From assembly GCA_036172245.1 (NCBI GenBank), contig JAYWIR010000010.1:124001-188000 (forward strand): DNA of 64,000 nt. Reading direction: 5' to 3'. Positions 22,598 through 35,899 of the stretch are shown piece after piece. This DNA comes from Raillietiella orientalis. Taxonomy: Eukaryota. Each line of letters begins with the position of its first letter. The stretch's first letter is position 1. The translations under genes were made by a program, and so were the position numbers. Under the pieces are notes generated by a model that had not been told where the DNA came from, did not search any database, and worked only from the letters and a program-made list of their open reading frames with translations.

Positions 22598-25500
22598 CTG
22601 GAAAGAGAAGCATCGGTGGGGAAGAGCCGCGTGCGCAGGGAGCATTCCCGGAAATGCGACTCTGCTAGCCCTATGGGCCCGTTCCCTCCCCTCTCCCTAT
22701 CTCTCCCCTCCATTTCCCCCTCCCTTCAACCGAAACCCACAGCTTGCGCAGTCGCGCGCGAGAAGGCACGCGCGTCACTGGGAGGCTAGAAGTCTGGCAG
22801 CGCGTGTGCAAAGGCGAGGAAGCACAGGAGCGAGACAGGGAGGAGGAAGAGGTGGCGGGAAGTGAGGCGGAGGAGCAGGATCAGGTGGATGGGAGAAGGA
22901 GAGATGAGCACGCACCGCTGGGCCACGGAAACCCAAGTTCGGACCCCCACCAACACTCAAGCCAGTTTCCCACCCAGCCCGCCCCACCCCCTTATCCGCA
23001 GATCCGGACGGAGATGAGGGCCTTCGAGAAAACCCCGTCCGCGCCCCGGGAGAGCAGATCCAGTCGGAACGAGACCTCAGCCTCTCAGAGCCCTCTCCCT
23101 GGAAAGGACGGGCGCAGTCTGGAAGAGATGAGCGTTCCCACCCGTCAAAGGAGGAGCTTCCTGGAGAGGCGCACACTCCCGTTTCTTCGCGCCGCCCGGA
23201 CGGTGATCCCGACCTCGCGGAAGATCGCTCGCGTGGACCCGCTCGCAGCTGGATCCGACCGCAGATCGCCGGGATCAATAAAAGTTCTTCGCGAGCGCTC
23301 AGGGGACAATGCGCTTCTTCGGCCGCAAACGCGGATGGCGTTCCGTCGCGAAGAGCAATGAACGAGCCGCCGCTTGCCCTCGGAGTGAAAGGCGGGTCCC
23401 CCAGTTCGCCGGGACGCTCGTTCAATTAGCCGGGAGGGACTGGAAGCTTCTCGCCTACCTGCAACCGTTCCGAGGCGCGCGAGCGCGAGCGCTCCGCGCG
23501 AAGCGGCAACTCGCGGACGCTCGGGCGTGTTCGAGAGCGCGCGCGTCCCTTTGAAGCGACTCGCGCCGTCACCACCCGCACCACTCTCCCTTTCAGAGAG
23601 CCTCCTGAGGGGTGAAGACGCCTTTGAAAGGAGTGCTCTTCCCGCACAAAGCGCTTCCTGTCCCACCCTTTTGTTTCTGTATGATGACATTCGCCGCGCG
23701 GGCGTTGCGGTGCCACCGGAGTACCGGCTCTTCAAGCACCATCTCCTGGCACCGTTCCGCCAAGGACCATGCCGAGCTTTGAACCACGCGCGCTGGCTTG
23801 TCCCGTCTCTTCCAGGCTGAACCGACACGCAGCCGCGCGTACGGAGTCTGTGCTTGTACGTTGCGCTGGATTCGTGCGAGCCTTCCGCACGTCACGCTCC
23901 GTGACAGAGCTTTGTCGACGCACGTGACAACGCGCGCGCGCACGCTCGAGATGGGTCCTCCCTCTCCGTTCTTTGCGTGCCTTCCCTCGGCCTCCGAGGG
24001 ATCGTTTCGTTCCACTCTTCCTGATGCCGACGGCTCGTTCAGCTCCCTTCTGAGCTCCGTGCCTCGTCGACGCGGACCCCGGGTTCCTTCTTCGAGGATC
24101 CGAACCGGAAATTTCTTCCTACTGCTTGCACGGCAACCACGGTCAAGCTCGACCTGTCTACTTCATCTTTTGTGCTCCCCTTTCTCCTTCTTCACCTTCT
24201 TTTCGTTTGTTTGTCGTTTCGGTTTTCGAGTTCTGCGCCGACAGTCACGAGCCCAGAAGGGAGCAGATGCCCAGCAGACCTTCGGCCATCCGACGCGGCG
24301 ATTCCTCAATTCGAATTCGGCAAAGTTCGATTCTCGGGATACAGCTTGATGAGCAGAAAGTAAGGATTTCGGAGCCAGAGGGCAGGTCAGGGCAGCCGAC
24401 CTGCCTTCCCAGCAATTCCGCCGACTGCAAACTCGGCAAAGAATGGTGAGTGAGATGGGCGCGCAGGCGTCCCGCTCGAGGAAGATAGGAAGTTAAGAGA
24501 GGAAGAGGAGGAAGAGGAGACGAGGAGGAGGAAGAGGAAAAGGTGGTGGAAAGAGGACTAAGAGGAGGAAGAAAAGCAAGAGCTATGGCGCTGCCGAAAT
24601 CACTAGGCGAAGAACCCCTAAGTCGCTGGAAGGTCGCGAACGTGGGGGAGGTGCCTCATGCTACCGAAATCCAGGAACTTCCTCCGCATCCCCGAACTAT
24701 GCGACGATCGCGGAAGATAGAATTTCCCAGAAGCTCAACGATGAAGGTAGGGTCGACGACGCGGGTCGGTCGGCCGCGCGCCAGAGCGGTTACATGACGT
24801 TGTCAGGTCGCAGAGCGGGCGAACCCGACCGTGCCCCAACGCGGGCAGCTCGGTGAGGACGCCAGAGCGGATTTCGGGATCGCCCTAATGCAGCGAAGCG
24901 CCAGGAATCGAAAAATATACAGCACATAGATCCGTACACGAGTTCGTACTCTGGAAATGCGGATTCATGAGCGAACGGTCAAGGACAAGAACATTTGACC
25001 CGCAAAACCTGTGCGTGTTGGCAACATTGCGACCCGCTGTTGCACGTGCATGGCGGCTTCGGACTGCCATGCTGCTACCCAAGCACCGGAGAGCGAGGAG
25101 TGACTGGCGAGTGCGTTTCCTTCTCCGGAGGCGGCTTCCGTGTTTCGCTGCGGAGGGATGGAAGTTGGGCACAACGGGAATCGTCTGACATGATGCGCGC
25201 GTTCGGTACGATTAGAGAGCTGCTCCTTCTGACCTTCGCAAAGCTCAGGCGCTCGGAAAGTTTCGAACGTTCGAAGCTTCACGTCGTCCGGACTCCCTGG
25301 AGATCCCATGCGGTCCTTTTACCTCAGCCACTCTCCCGCCGTACGTGGCGGGGTCGAACATCGTTCGAAAGAAGCTCCGAGACCGCTGAGGAGCCTAACG
25401 GATGTTCGGAACCTTCCGCCCCGCCTGTTTCCTAAGTTCCCTTCACTTCGCCGTGGCAATGCGCGCTGGAAGTCGACTGGGATCACGGTCGCTGGAGCAG

Positions 25501-25699
25501 GAAGCTCGTTCTCATAAGAAGCTGCTGTCCCCGAGAAAAGCTCCTGCTTTTTGCATCCCACTCGCGTCGAACCCCGGAACGAACTGATAAAAAGCGGTGT
25601 TGGGAGAGAATCCGTTCGAATCTCTTCTGCAAGAAGCAGGGTTCCAGCATCTTTGTGAAACCCCTACTGCTTCAACTGTTCCCTCTACGTTGACGCTGA

Positions 25700-26300
25700 G
25701 CAGAAATTCGGATCCGGTCGGTCACTCTCATTGGAAAACAAGATAGTACTAAGGAGGAAGCCTGCCGTTTTCCCCCTAAGCTCTCCTTTCCCGAGTTTCC
25801 CTTTGCCATCTCTGAATGGAACGTAAAAAAGGACGCCAAGCCGTACGGGTTGAGCATGCGCGCATGGAAAGAAAATGCAGCCATCGAGATCTGAAAAACT
25901 TGCAGCGCCTCCTCGGCTCTGGTAGAAGAGAAGCAGCGATACCAGCTGAGGATCAATTCGGCTTCGAAGACCCCCTCGTTGCCGCTTAACCTAAAAGCTA
26001 CCAGGCTGGGAAGATGGAAGCCGCCACTGTTCCGCGTGCTGTTCAACGATGACCGACTGGGCAAGTGATCGGTTCGAAGAAATTCGCTAGGAGGACCGAA
26101 ATCGCTGCATTGTTAGGCCACGTAAGAAGATTGCTACCACGCAGGCCAGCGCTAGGCAACGCCGTTGCCGCGACGTGTCGCACGCTGATTCGCCTAGCCA
26201 GCATGCAACAATGCTGGCGAAGGTCATTCCTACGGAACAATAACAATGCAGGCTTTCCGGTTCGGATCAGCCGAATTGTTGCCACACCTCCTCTCCGAGA
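25700..26300 (-). mobile_element. Decayed non-LTR (RTE-like) reverse transcriptase relic
   Basis: Remnants ARRISVRHVAA (cf. YRGISLL), PVGHR..RGTVAASIF (cf. QxGFR..RSTxDxIF) and GKRQASSLVLSCF (cf. GVRQG..LSPxLF) occur in the expected order. Confidence 0.4.
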
Positions 26301-29044
26301 AGTTCTCGAACGCGGTAGCTCAGAAACGTTCTTCCTGTTCCGAACCTGGGAGCTTCCTGTGCGAAAGAAGCCGGGCGAGAATTCGGGATGGTAGCGCATC
26401 GTCAGAGTGTAATGTTTTGTAATTTTGGGATTAGAACCTTTCTCTTGTTACGTGGCTCTGCCTGCCAGTGCGCGCGCCTGCTGTTTTGAAAATTAGCCAC
26501 ATAATTACGAGTGTGTTTCGCACTGGAAATTCAGCTCGCCTCAACGCGGTCAAGGTTTGGAAACGTGGGGACCGTGGCTATAACGAAAAGCTGATCTCAT
26601 CTGCTTGGCGACCTGCTCATTCTGATCGTTTTTGTTCTTTAGATCGTACTACTCCCTTGGATGACGAAACGACTCCCATCCGAAGAGACCGGACATCCTC
26701 GATAGCAGCTGAGGGCAACTTTTCTGTTGCAACGGGCCACGGTGGTTCGCAGGCTACCCACCGCCGGTGCGGTGGACTCTACGAGACTGAAGGTTCGAAA
26801 GGATTGCGCACACTCTCTGAGAGCTCGACTGGAAGGAAGCTATTCATCCGATCGGGAATTCTTCCCTGGCGAAGGGGATGGAGAGCAGCTTCAAACAAGG
26901 TAGCCGCCAGACAATAAAGAAAGTTCCCCTGTAGGTTTTTCGTACGTGTGGCGGTTGCGTGGGAACAAGATGTTCATCCCGCGTCGGATATCCATGAAAA
27001 CTTCGTAGTTGAAGTGTGCTCTTACACGCTTGCTCATCACACGTAAATGACGACGAGCGACCAGCATCGCCTTCTCGGAGCCGGGGACGACAAGTTGGCA
27101 GCACGTGAGCACACACGACAGGACCACTCAAGCGAGCAGGAGAAGCACGCCGAGGTGCAAATTAGGAAACAGGAAACGCGGACCGAACCGCTCCTAAGCG
27201 GCTCAAAGGGGAGGGCACCCGTCATTATCCGTGTTGTCCCTCTCCCTGCAATCCATCCTCGTTCCCTGGTCAACAGCAATCTGTCTGGCTTCACTTTACG
27301 AGCTCATCGAAACAGCCTACGCGTCATCCGAATCACCGAAAGGGTTGCTCGGCGGGCGGAATTGAATGGCTCGCTTTTCTGCCAACGTTTCGGCCTTCCC
27401 AAAGCCTCGGCTTAGGTTCGCGCCGGTTGCGAGCGAGGAGGAAGAAAAGAGCATTCCATGGGTTTCCTTTGAGAACGGCGGGGATAATTGAGACAAACAG
27501 TGAGCCGTTCCGATCACACAGACGACATGTTCGGCAGGATTTGTTTACGCTTTGGAGCATCTCAACATAAGCCCACTTATCCATTTCAAAGAGGCTTGGC
27601 AAGGTTCGGGAATTTCCCAAGTCTTGAGAGGCGAACGGGAACCACCCGACCATAATGAATTAAACAATGACGTGTAACAATGGATTAATGTGTGGTCTCA
27701 TTATTTTAAGATTATAGGTAGCGGAGGGAGGTAATAGCAATCAGGGATTCCCCATTGATTTAGAGAAATTCTTAAGATACCTGCAACGCACACAATGTGG
27801 TTCGAAAATCTGAATTTCTCTCCCCGGGACCGCTCGCAAATCATCGCGCTGTTTTTCCTTTTCTTTGCCTCCTCCTCCTCCTCCCCATTCCTCGGCAAAA
27901 GGAAAAAGGCGCGTTTCGCTACACCCACTTAATGGAGGCGGATCCTCTCCAGAAGGGACGTCGTCGCGTTCTCGAAAACGATGGTTCGCGTTGCTGCTAG
28001 CGCTGAGGTTCCGGTGCAGGGCGGCCAGGGGAAGGGGGGGGGGGAGGAAGCTTGGAAGCGCGCTCTTCTTCCCTCCTCTCCTCCCCCCGAGTGCGAGCGT
28101 GCGAGCTGGCCCGGCGTGCAGACCCCCCACGCCGTCCCCACTCGAGAGGAAGCCGATGCGGTGCTCGCGCGGCAACTCGGCCTCGGTCGGCTTCTCGGAA
28201 AACAACAGAGAAAAGCAAACCGGCTACTCAGACTAACGGCACCCGAGAGTGGCCATTTGCCATGGTGCTCGAGGACGCTCCCTGCACAGTCTCCGCCAGG
28301 GGCGGGGACCAAGGTGCTCGACCTTCCCTTAAGGAAAAAGGGAAGCGGTGCTCGCGGCCACTCGGATCCTGGGATGAGATCTTCCTCCGAGGGAGAACGG
28401 ATTGAGTTGCTCCCCATTTCCTGCTTGCGCCCAGTGCCGGGGTGGGACGTGAGGATGGCGGTCCAGGACACCTGCTTCCATATTCTTCTCAAGCTCGGGC
28501 AGGGCTGCTCACTCAGGGAAAAAGGTCCCTGGACGTCGGACCGACGCTGCTGCACATCAGAGGAGCACCCGACCCTCTGGCCCGGAAGCGAGCGACCGTG
28601 GAGAGCAATCATGGGACCTCCCTCCCCCTTCTACGAGCTCAGGTTGTATCAGCGGTCACACGTGGCAGTCGGCGGAGTCAACCAGCGAGAAGGTCACAGT
28701 CGTACTGCTAAACGGAAGCCACGCTCTCTCCGGTGGGCAGTTCCTCTCTTCCGAAAGCCGCGGAAACGAGCGCTCCGAATAGCCGCTGCACTTCCTCCTG
28801 AACGAGGACTCGATCTCCAGCTTCCGCGAAAGGCGGGGCAAGAGGATCGCCGCAGAGCGAACGATGATCGTCGGCCACGATCCGACGAGCCGCCCGTGAC
28901 GCCCGCCGTGGGCTCCCAGGAAGCGCAGAATGCACCGTTTCCTGGCTGCGTGAGCGCAGGCAACCAGACTCGCAGCCACCCTTCCGTCTCGGGAGGCGAT
29001 TCCGCGATGGACCAGAAAGGGGTTCCCGCGCACGTTCCGCCCGC

Positions 29045-29230
29045 ATCGGAGGCCGCGCGGCTGCTGCGGCTGCCGCGCGCGGTACCTGGCGTTGCGGGTT
29101 CGAATCCCCACGTGGAGGAGGACCGACTCCGGAAGTGGGGACCCTCCATCGCTTCCCATGGAGCTGATTGACGCCCCCTTCCCCCCTCGGGGGTTGCCTC
29201 TCCGGAGTGTATGAAGCGCTACGGGAGCAG
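29045..29230 (+). mobile_element. tRNA-headed SINE-like repeat, copy B (internally deleted)
   Basis: ggtacc..gcgGGTTCGAATCC at 29097-29107; the downstream cccctcgggggttgcctctcc block recurs at ~54282. Confidence 0.6.
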
Positions 29231-29776
29231 GAAACGGCCGCACGCCCAAGAAGACGGCGTCCTTCGCGCGAAGAGCTCGCTACTGTCCATCCTCCGGGCT
29301 TGCCTTATTTCCGCTCGACCCTCACCCAAATGCACGCGGGAGGATTCCCGTCGGACGGGCCCTGCGACGGGAGCGCCCAGGCGTGCGCGCGGCACGCGGG
29401 AAGCGAAACGGTCCCCGGGAGGAAACCCTGGACTGCCGAGTGCCCTCCTCACTCACCTCACTCACCATCCCCCAAGCCTCCCCTCAACGAAAAGTGGGGC
29501 TCTCCTTTAGCTCACTGACCATCTCCGGTCAAAAGTCACCAAATTTGACCGTGTGATCCCACTGGAACAGAAGGGAATGCCACGTTCGCAGGGCTTCTCG
29601 TGAAGCCTACCAACAGTTTCGGGAGGAGGAAGAGGGGAAGAGGAGGTGAAGGAAGGAATGCAAGAAACGAGGTTTGTACGAGTCCTCAGGTTGCGGGATG
29701 CTTTGCGGCTGGCAACCTCGCGTAGCCCGGGAGAGCACCGGTTCGAAAAATATCAGGGAAAAGAAAATGCACGTAC

Positions 29777-29810
29777 CTTCGTCGCGGCCACCAGGGTGTT
29801 GCTCAGGGAC
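29777..29810 (-). CDS. Wnt8: Wnt8-like, exon 2 (34-nt micro-exon)
   Basis: Strong polypyrimidine acceptor (tttttctctccccag) and gtacgt donor. Encodes (W)SLSNTLVAATK; phase 2 in and phase 0 out exactly bridge exons 1 and 3. Confidence 0.85.
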
Positions 29811-30465
29811 CTGGGGAGAGAAAAAGGGGCACGGAGAACAAAAGAGCACAAAAAAGCAGCGAATCGTTCGCTGGTCACCGGTTTGCCAGGACCGCTTCAT
29901 TCGGCAGCTCGCACTACGGGGGCGCGCGCGCGCGTCCGAGGTTAATCACTGGCGGAAGAGCCTTGATACCTGCTCTCGTGAGCCATGAAATCGTCCCCCC
30001 GCCCCGTGATTTCTCATTCTGAGCTTGCGGAACGCGGGCTCACAGCTGAGCGCCGGCACGTGCGTGTGCACGTCAATGATGAAGAGTGCTGCTGCTACCG
30101 TTCCTCGTTCCTCCCGTGAAAGGCAGGTTGCGGTCCACGCACGCAACAGCAGCGACGGCGAACCCTCGAGGATCCGTGAAGGCGAAGACCAAAAAACAAA
30201 CGTAAAAGAAGTCCTCGCGCTCCGGGCGAAACTCTGCGCACGCACCCAGGGCCTTTTCGGGCCGGAATCGGGGACGGGGCCGTCGTCGCCCGAGCGGAAA
30301 TGCAGCAGGAAACAAACACCACAAACAACACGCGCGCGTGTGCGTTTTTTTCTTCCCCTCCCCCCCTCCCCCGCAGGTGGAATCGCTGCCAAAGTGGTGC
30401 AACGGCGGACACGTGCGAGTAAAGCGAACACCGCGTGTTTTCAAGAAGGCAAACGGGCAACTTAC

Positions 30466-30530
30466 CAGAAGTTGGTGCAGGCCCCTTTCATCACGGACGC
30501 AGAAAGCACCAGCACGAGTACAAAGTCCAT
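30466..30530 (-). CDS. Wnt8: Wnt8-like, exon 1 (signal peptide)
   Basis: ATG at 30530 with an upstream in-frame stop; hydrophobic MDFVLVLVLSASVMKGACTNF(W); perfect gtaagt donor at 30465, phase 2. Confidence 0.82.
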
Positions 30531-31489
30531 GAGGGTGGATCAGAAACTCTTTATCATGAGAGGCGCCGATTAATTGAATGCTTAAATTTTAGCGTGCAGA
30601 TGTGGTCCAGATCTCCGCGCGGGCTCCACAATAGTCATTTTGGTATCCGTCGATAGCTGCGAATTGAACAAAAAAAAAAAAAAGCGGTATTTTTGACCAA
30701 TGAAGATGGGAACCGGAAATCTAATCACCATAAACTTTAATTGCCTGAATTACCTGTCTTAAGTGGCTGCATGCTGCAAGGGCAGAATATTCAGAAAAGT
30801 CTCAGCGTGCCCAACGAGGAATTCGAACCGGGGGAGTCGAAAGTGCTCTGCATCCTCGGAACATCACGCACCACCACGGTCCTCCGCTCCAGCAAAAGCG
30901 AAAATGGAACAGAGAAGGTTTCCACCAGATCGTCCGGAACTGTTTCGTGGGAAGATGTGCCGGCTAGACCACGCTCCAGAGACAGGAGCCCTTGATTGAG
31001 ACAAACGAACAGTTTGTGCAATTGGACGTACGACCCTTGCAAGGCTTTGCGTATCCCAAAAGCGAGAGACGCGCGCGCGACGGAACACTCCCATCCCCGT
31101 TGCCGGCGCAGAATGTGATACGCAGAGAGCGCGCCGCAAAATGGTGGTCGCCGCAATGAATGTGTTTTTGCCGAATCCGTTCCATCCTCGAACAGGGGGT
31201 TCCGCGAGAAATAGGCTTTGATAAAGATAGGTGTACTTCGGGGAGAATGAATCTTTGCGTCTGCAAACAACTTGATGTGGCAGGTAATACCTACCTTTCG
31301 AATTACAGCAGTGGTGGAATTACACGATTTGGTTCAGAGCTTCCGAAAGTTATGTAACGGTAAATTGTATTTAAATAAGCCTATTCTCTCGAAAGTCGGG
31401 GGGGGGGGAAGAAGAGGAAAGGTAGAGGGGATGCAGCAAGACGAAGGGGAATCCTCGCAGCTCTTCGCTCTTCACTCGAAAATGGTTAT

Positions 31490-31705
31490 AATAAGGCCGG
31501 AAGTCATTTAATAATTGGGGACCTATGCAGCCAGCGATGGGGCATTTCCTCATCCACGCGGGCTTCATTTCAAAGAAATACAACCAGGAGCTGTGCTTTT
31601 GCTCTGGAACACACCAAAGTAGAGTGCGTGGAAAAAAAGGCGATCCAGCAACTCGCGTGCTCAACTTTGAGCTCTCCGGGAGGCCCTCTGCTCAAAATGA
31701 GCTTG
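31490..31705 (+). repeat. ~210-bp dispersed repeat, copy 1
   Basis: gtcatttaataattgggga..ctctgctcaaaatg is repeated, diverged, at 33605-33815. Confidence 0.85.
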
Positions 31706-32044
31706 GGAAATCCGAAAACGAACGTGAAATCCTACACGGAAAACCTGTATCCTGAGGATCGGCTCGTGCAGTGACTCCGCGTTGCAAACGTAGCGTTCGT
31801 GGAGTCTTTCTGCATGCCCCATGTGTGTCCCCAGAATTCGGACCCAAGCACACCTCGGGTCCCTGGCGCACTGGGAAGAGCGGAAGACGGGTTCCACGGT
31901 ATTCGACCGTGGTACACCATTTCTGCGCGGGATTGCGGAGCCACCCTCCGCGAAATGGGCCAGACGAAAACTGGGGACGGAGAAGAAAGAAAAAAATCAA
32001 CTTTCCTCGAGCGCAGTGAACACGCAGAAACCAAACGAGGAAAA

Positions 32045-32050
<6 letters not shown>

Positions 32051-32077
<27 letters not shown>
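32051..32077. repeat. (CA)n microsatellite
   Basis: Direct observation of an AC dinucleotide run. Confidence 0.95.
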
Positions 32078-33604
32078 ACACCGTTTCCCATAATCTCTGG
32101 AATCGTTTTCGGTGCAACTGCTGTGAAGAAGGCCAGTTTGTAGAAAGCAGCAGCGGCATCCGATCGGCTGACTCAACGGTCCGAGTGAATTGAGGCTCTG
32201 AGCTCAGATTTTTTATCTTTTTGGAGAGGACGAGGTGTGCCCAGAATTTCGAGGGACGTGTTTTCGCAACCGATCTCCATCCCCTACACAAGTGAGGCAT
32301 CTCACATCGAGATGGACCCGGGATATTCAAAGTAATGGTTGTGATCCCGGAAGTTGTTCTGCCAGCTCTTGTTTTGAGCGTCGAGGGAAAGAAATGAATC
32401 CGATATGTATCCACCTCCTCCAAACTCTTCGACATTCAACAGATAAATGCAGATGCGAGTTGCAATCCAGTCCGCAGGAAAGATGGAATGAAGGGAAGAT
32501 CGCCTTCGAGAGAATCGGTTGCTTGGACTCCTTCAAACGTCCGAGGCCAATTCTGGGAGCTACGAGGGGACGCTTGAATTTTGCCTAGAAACGTATGCTG
32601 GCTGGGGATGGATGCATGCCTCAAGCTTGTTGTCAGGGTTCCTCTGGCATCACTGGTCTTCAATAGAAGCTGCGTCCGTTTTGGATCGAGAAATGTAATT
32701 TACGCTATTAGTAACATTCTAGAAGAAGAGGCATTATTCTGGAGCATCATAAGAGTAAAGTTAAGGGGATCAATGAGCAAATTACTATGTAAGTCAAGAA
32801 TGAGTAAAAAATAAAATAAAACAAGATGTTTTCGTATGCTTCTCTGTAGTCTTTAGTACGTACATCTTGTCTTGTTGACTCTCTTATCTTGAATTCCAAC
32901 CAATAAATGAAATTTACAATTTCTTACAAGCAAGACGAATTTTTTTCATTCGTTCATAAATACACCGGCATGTACACCATTTGAGCAAACAGTCCAGTTG
33001 TAATGTATTTGTCTGCCTAATGATGTCTTGCCATAGGTCTTCATTCATCAAAATTTCAAAGAAAAGAGAGGGAGAGAAAGAGAGCAGAAGAAGAGGAGGA
33101 GGAGGAAGAAATACCAGAGATACAGTTAGGGAAGGACAAGCTGAATTAGTCGAGTTTGCTGAGATCCGCCGTGGTGAATTTGCAACCAATAGCCACCAGA
33201 TAGCAAGCGTTTCCATGAAACGGATCGCCTTTGAAGAATCCACGCAGCGACGCCATTGTTCCAGAATGCGAAGAAGCAATTACCTTTTCAAACAAACTTT
33301 TCAAACAGTGGCCTGCTGGGGGCGAGTGGTCGCGGTCATTTGCCAACCGGAAGATGCTGAACTCGGAGCTGTAATTTGTTCCTTACTTTGCTAATTTCAT
33401 TAGCCCACCGCTTGGGGAGGATTCCTTCTTTCCGCGCCACGGAATGAATTGTGCAGCTCCCTGGGAGTCCCAGAACATCCGTTAGTAAATACGGACATTC
33501 TTTTCTTTTCTTTTTTCTTACGTATAACGTAAACGATGCCATCGAATCATTCTTTTTCTCCCTTACCACTTAGCGTTCGACACAGTGCAGTACACTAATA
33601 TAAG

Positions 33605-33815
33605 GTAAGACCGGGGGTCATTTAATAATTGGGGATCTATGCAGTCAGCGATGGGGCATCTCCCCATCCATGCAGGCTTCGCCTCAAAGAAACGTAACCA
33701 GGAGTCGTGCTTGTGCCTGGAACACTCCAGACATCGCGCATGAGAAAAATGCAATCCAACAACTCTCGTGCGCAGGTTTGAGCTCTCCGAGAGGTTCTCT
33801 GCTCAAAATGCAAGC
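33605..33815 (+). repeat. ~210-bp dispersed repeat, copy 2
   Basis: Same orientation and colinear with 31490-31705. Confidence 0.85.
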
Positions 33816-35899
33816 AGTGGATCCATCGGCCCGGAGCATGCGGACTCCATCGTGCTGGTAAATGGCGGACTCACGATAGCGGACACCTCCAGACATCGCG
33901 CGTGCTTCCTCGTTTCGAAACCCGCGGGAAGAAGAACGAATCGCTGACGAGGCAAAGCTCTCTGCGGGAAAACAGGATGATCTGTATCCGTTGCAGGCAG
34001 TAATGAAATCGAACGGCGGGATGGAGAGACACGACGGGATCGGCCTGCTGGAAGAGAACGCTCCTCGAGAGGATCCAGCAGAGCAAGTTGATCCATGCTG
34101 GATCGGTTGCGATGGTAACCACATCCGCCGGCTACCGACTCTTGCACAGGGAGCCACCGAGCCGAGAAAGGTGGCGAGCATCTTCCGTTGCTGTCCCGTT
34201 CCTTCCCGATTCAGAGCGAGGAACGGGGGGGATCGGAAAGAGGTGGTTTCTCCGAAAAGAACGCTCGCAGAGAGGCCACGGGCCATTGAGCAAAATCAGT
34301 CGACTCCTTTCTGATCATCGGAGGGTCACTTGGCATTTTTATTTTTTTTTTCTAGCATCTATGCACCGGGCACGCGCGCACCACCTCGTGAAGACGGAAA
34401 GGCGGAATCCAAAACGGGAGAGAACCGCTTTAGAGGGACAGTCGGGAGGAAAATGTCCTTCGGAGCGCCTCTTGGATGCCGGGTCGCAAGCTGACTAGAA
34501 AGGCACGGATACGGGCACGCGGAAGGCGGCGGCAAGCACAAGGGAGGCGTTCGTCCACACCCGCTCGCTGATCCAAGCCTTCTTTCGGAGCGTGCGCGCC
34601 GTGCGCAGACGCACGCGGGCAGTTTCGAGTGGAGCTTTAAGTTCCGGGCCCAAGCGGTGAGTCACCTGGAAGGAAGGGAGTGCTGCCGACGACGGCTGAA
34701 GTCCTGCCAACACCTGGGGCCAGCCGCCATCTGTGTGAGCGCGGGTACCTGCCCGCTTTCAGGGTCTCCCTCCTGGATGCCGAAGTGCGGTTCGCGCAGA
34801 TCCGGGAAAACGGCACGGAGCCGCTTCACGCGGGAGAAGGGGAAGGGGAGGGGTGAAGAACCGCGAGCTTCGCGTTGCAGCCCCCTGGAGCCGGGGTGCA
34901 ACACCGCTGGGGCATCGCCCCCCCTTCCCGGGGACTGCTGCGAGAGAGGGTTTCCTTGAACTCTTCCTCCTCTTTCCTTCCGCGGTCGGGGTCTCGTGTT
35001 TCTGCTCGAACCAAGGGTGCCTGGGATAGGAAAGCTGGAGGAAGAGAGCAAAAAAGGAGGGTCGGACCCCTTTGCCTGCACTACGTTCCGAGAGAGAAAG
35101 AGGAGCACGAGTAGGGGGTGCTTCTCACTTCTTGCAGTAAGCGGATTCGTGTCCCGTCAGCCCACGGAGCTCCTCTTCCTGCACTCGGCTGTGGTCTCCT
35201 CCTCGATTCGCGCACTCCGTCCGGCTCGCGGCATGATCCCTTTCCCGTCCTGACGAGCGGGGAGGCCCGCTGAGAGTGTTCCCGTCGGTGCCCTCATGGG
35301 ACGAGCAAGCGGAGAACATCTTCTGGCCCGCTGCCTCCCGGCTCGTCGCGAATCGGCTCTCACCGTGGACCAAAAAAAAAATCACGGACTGGGAGCAGCC
35401 GCTGGGTGAGAATGTCCTTGCCTTTCTTCTTTAGGCTATGTTTCCTCTGTGCGCAGATGGTTCCAGGAAGTCCGAAGCATCCTTCGAAAAAAAAAAAAGG
35501 CAAAAAGAGAAGAATAAAGACACGCGCAGGTCATCTCTTGTCTGTGTCCTTCGAGCGCCTTGCTGATTCGAGGAGCAGGGACAAGGGCCTCAGCTGCTAG
35601 GGATTTCCTGGCTATCGCTCTGTGAGTCTCCGAGGGACACTTCATCTCCTATCCCAGTTCCGTGCAACCAGCGGTTTGCCCTGCCGAGGATCATCGCTCC
35701 CGTGGGACCATTTCGTGCCGATTTCGAGCACAGGACCAACTGCGGCGGCCCCGGACTCAGCGATCGGGTTCAACCCTACAGCTCCAGAAGGTGAGCAACG
35801 CGCACCAGTGTGATGACGACCTCTGAGACGATGCGATCAATTCTTCTCCCTTTTTTTATTCTTCACGTCTCTTCCTTAGAAGAGATTTCTCTCCTCTTC

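Noticed and set aside
22786..22930. Hydrophobic minus-strand stretch (LFLLPVSLLCFLAFAHALP) as Wnt8 exon 1
   Set aside because: No in-frame ATG, ends in TAG, no phase-compatible donor. Exons at 30530-30466 and 29810-29777 fit far better.
24495..24575. GAGGAA/GAG purine tract and nearby plus-strand ATG|GTGAGT (24444-24452) as an antisense gene start
   Set aside because: Simple low-complexity repeat; no downstream coding exon could be linked.
27981..29171. 396-aa plus-strand ORF in Wnt8 intron 2
   Set aside because: Low-complexity R/P/G/A composition, no domain, overlaps a SINE head. Long ORFs occur in all frames here because of high GC.
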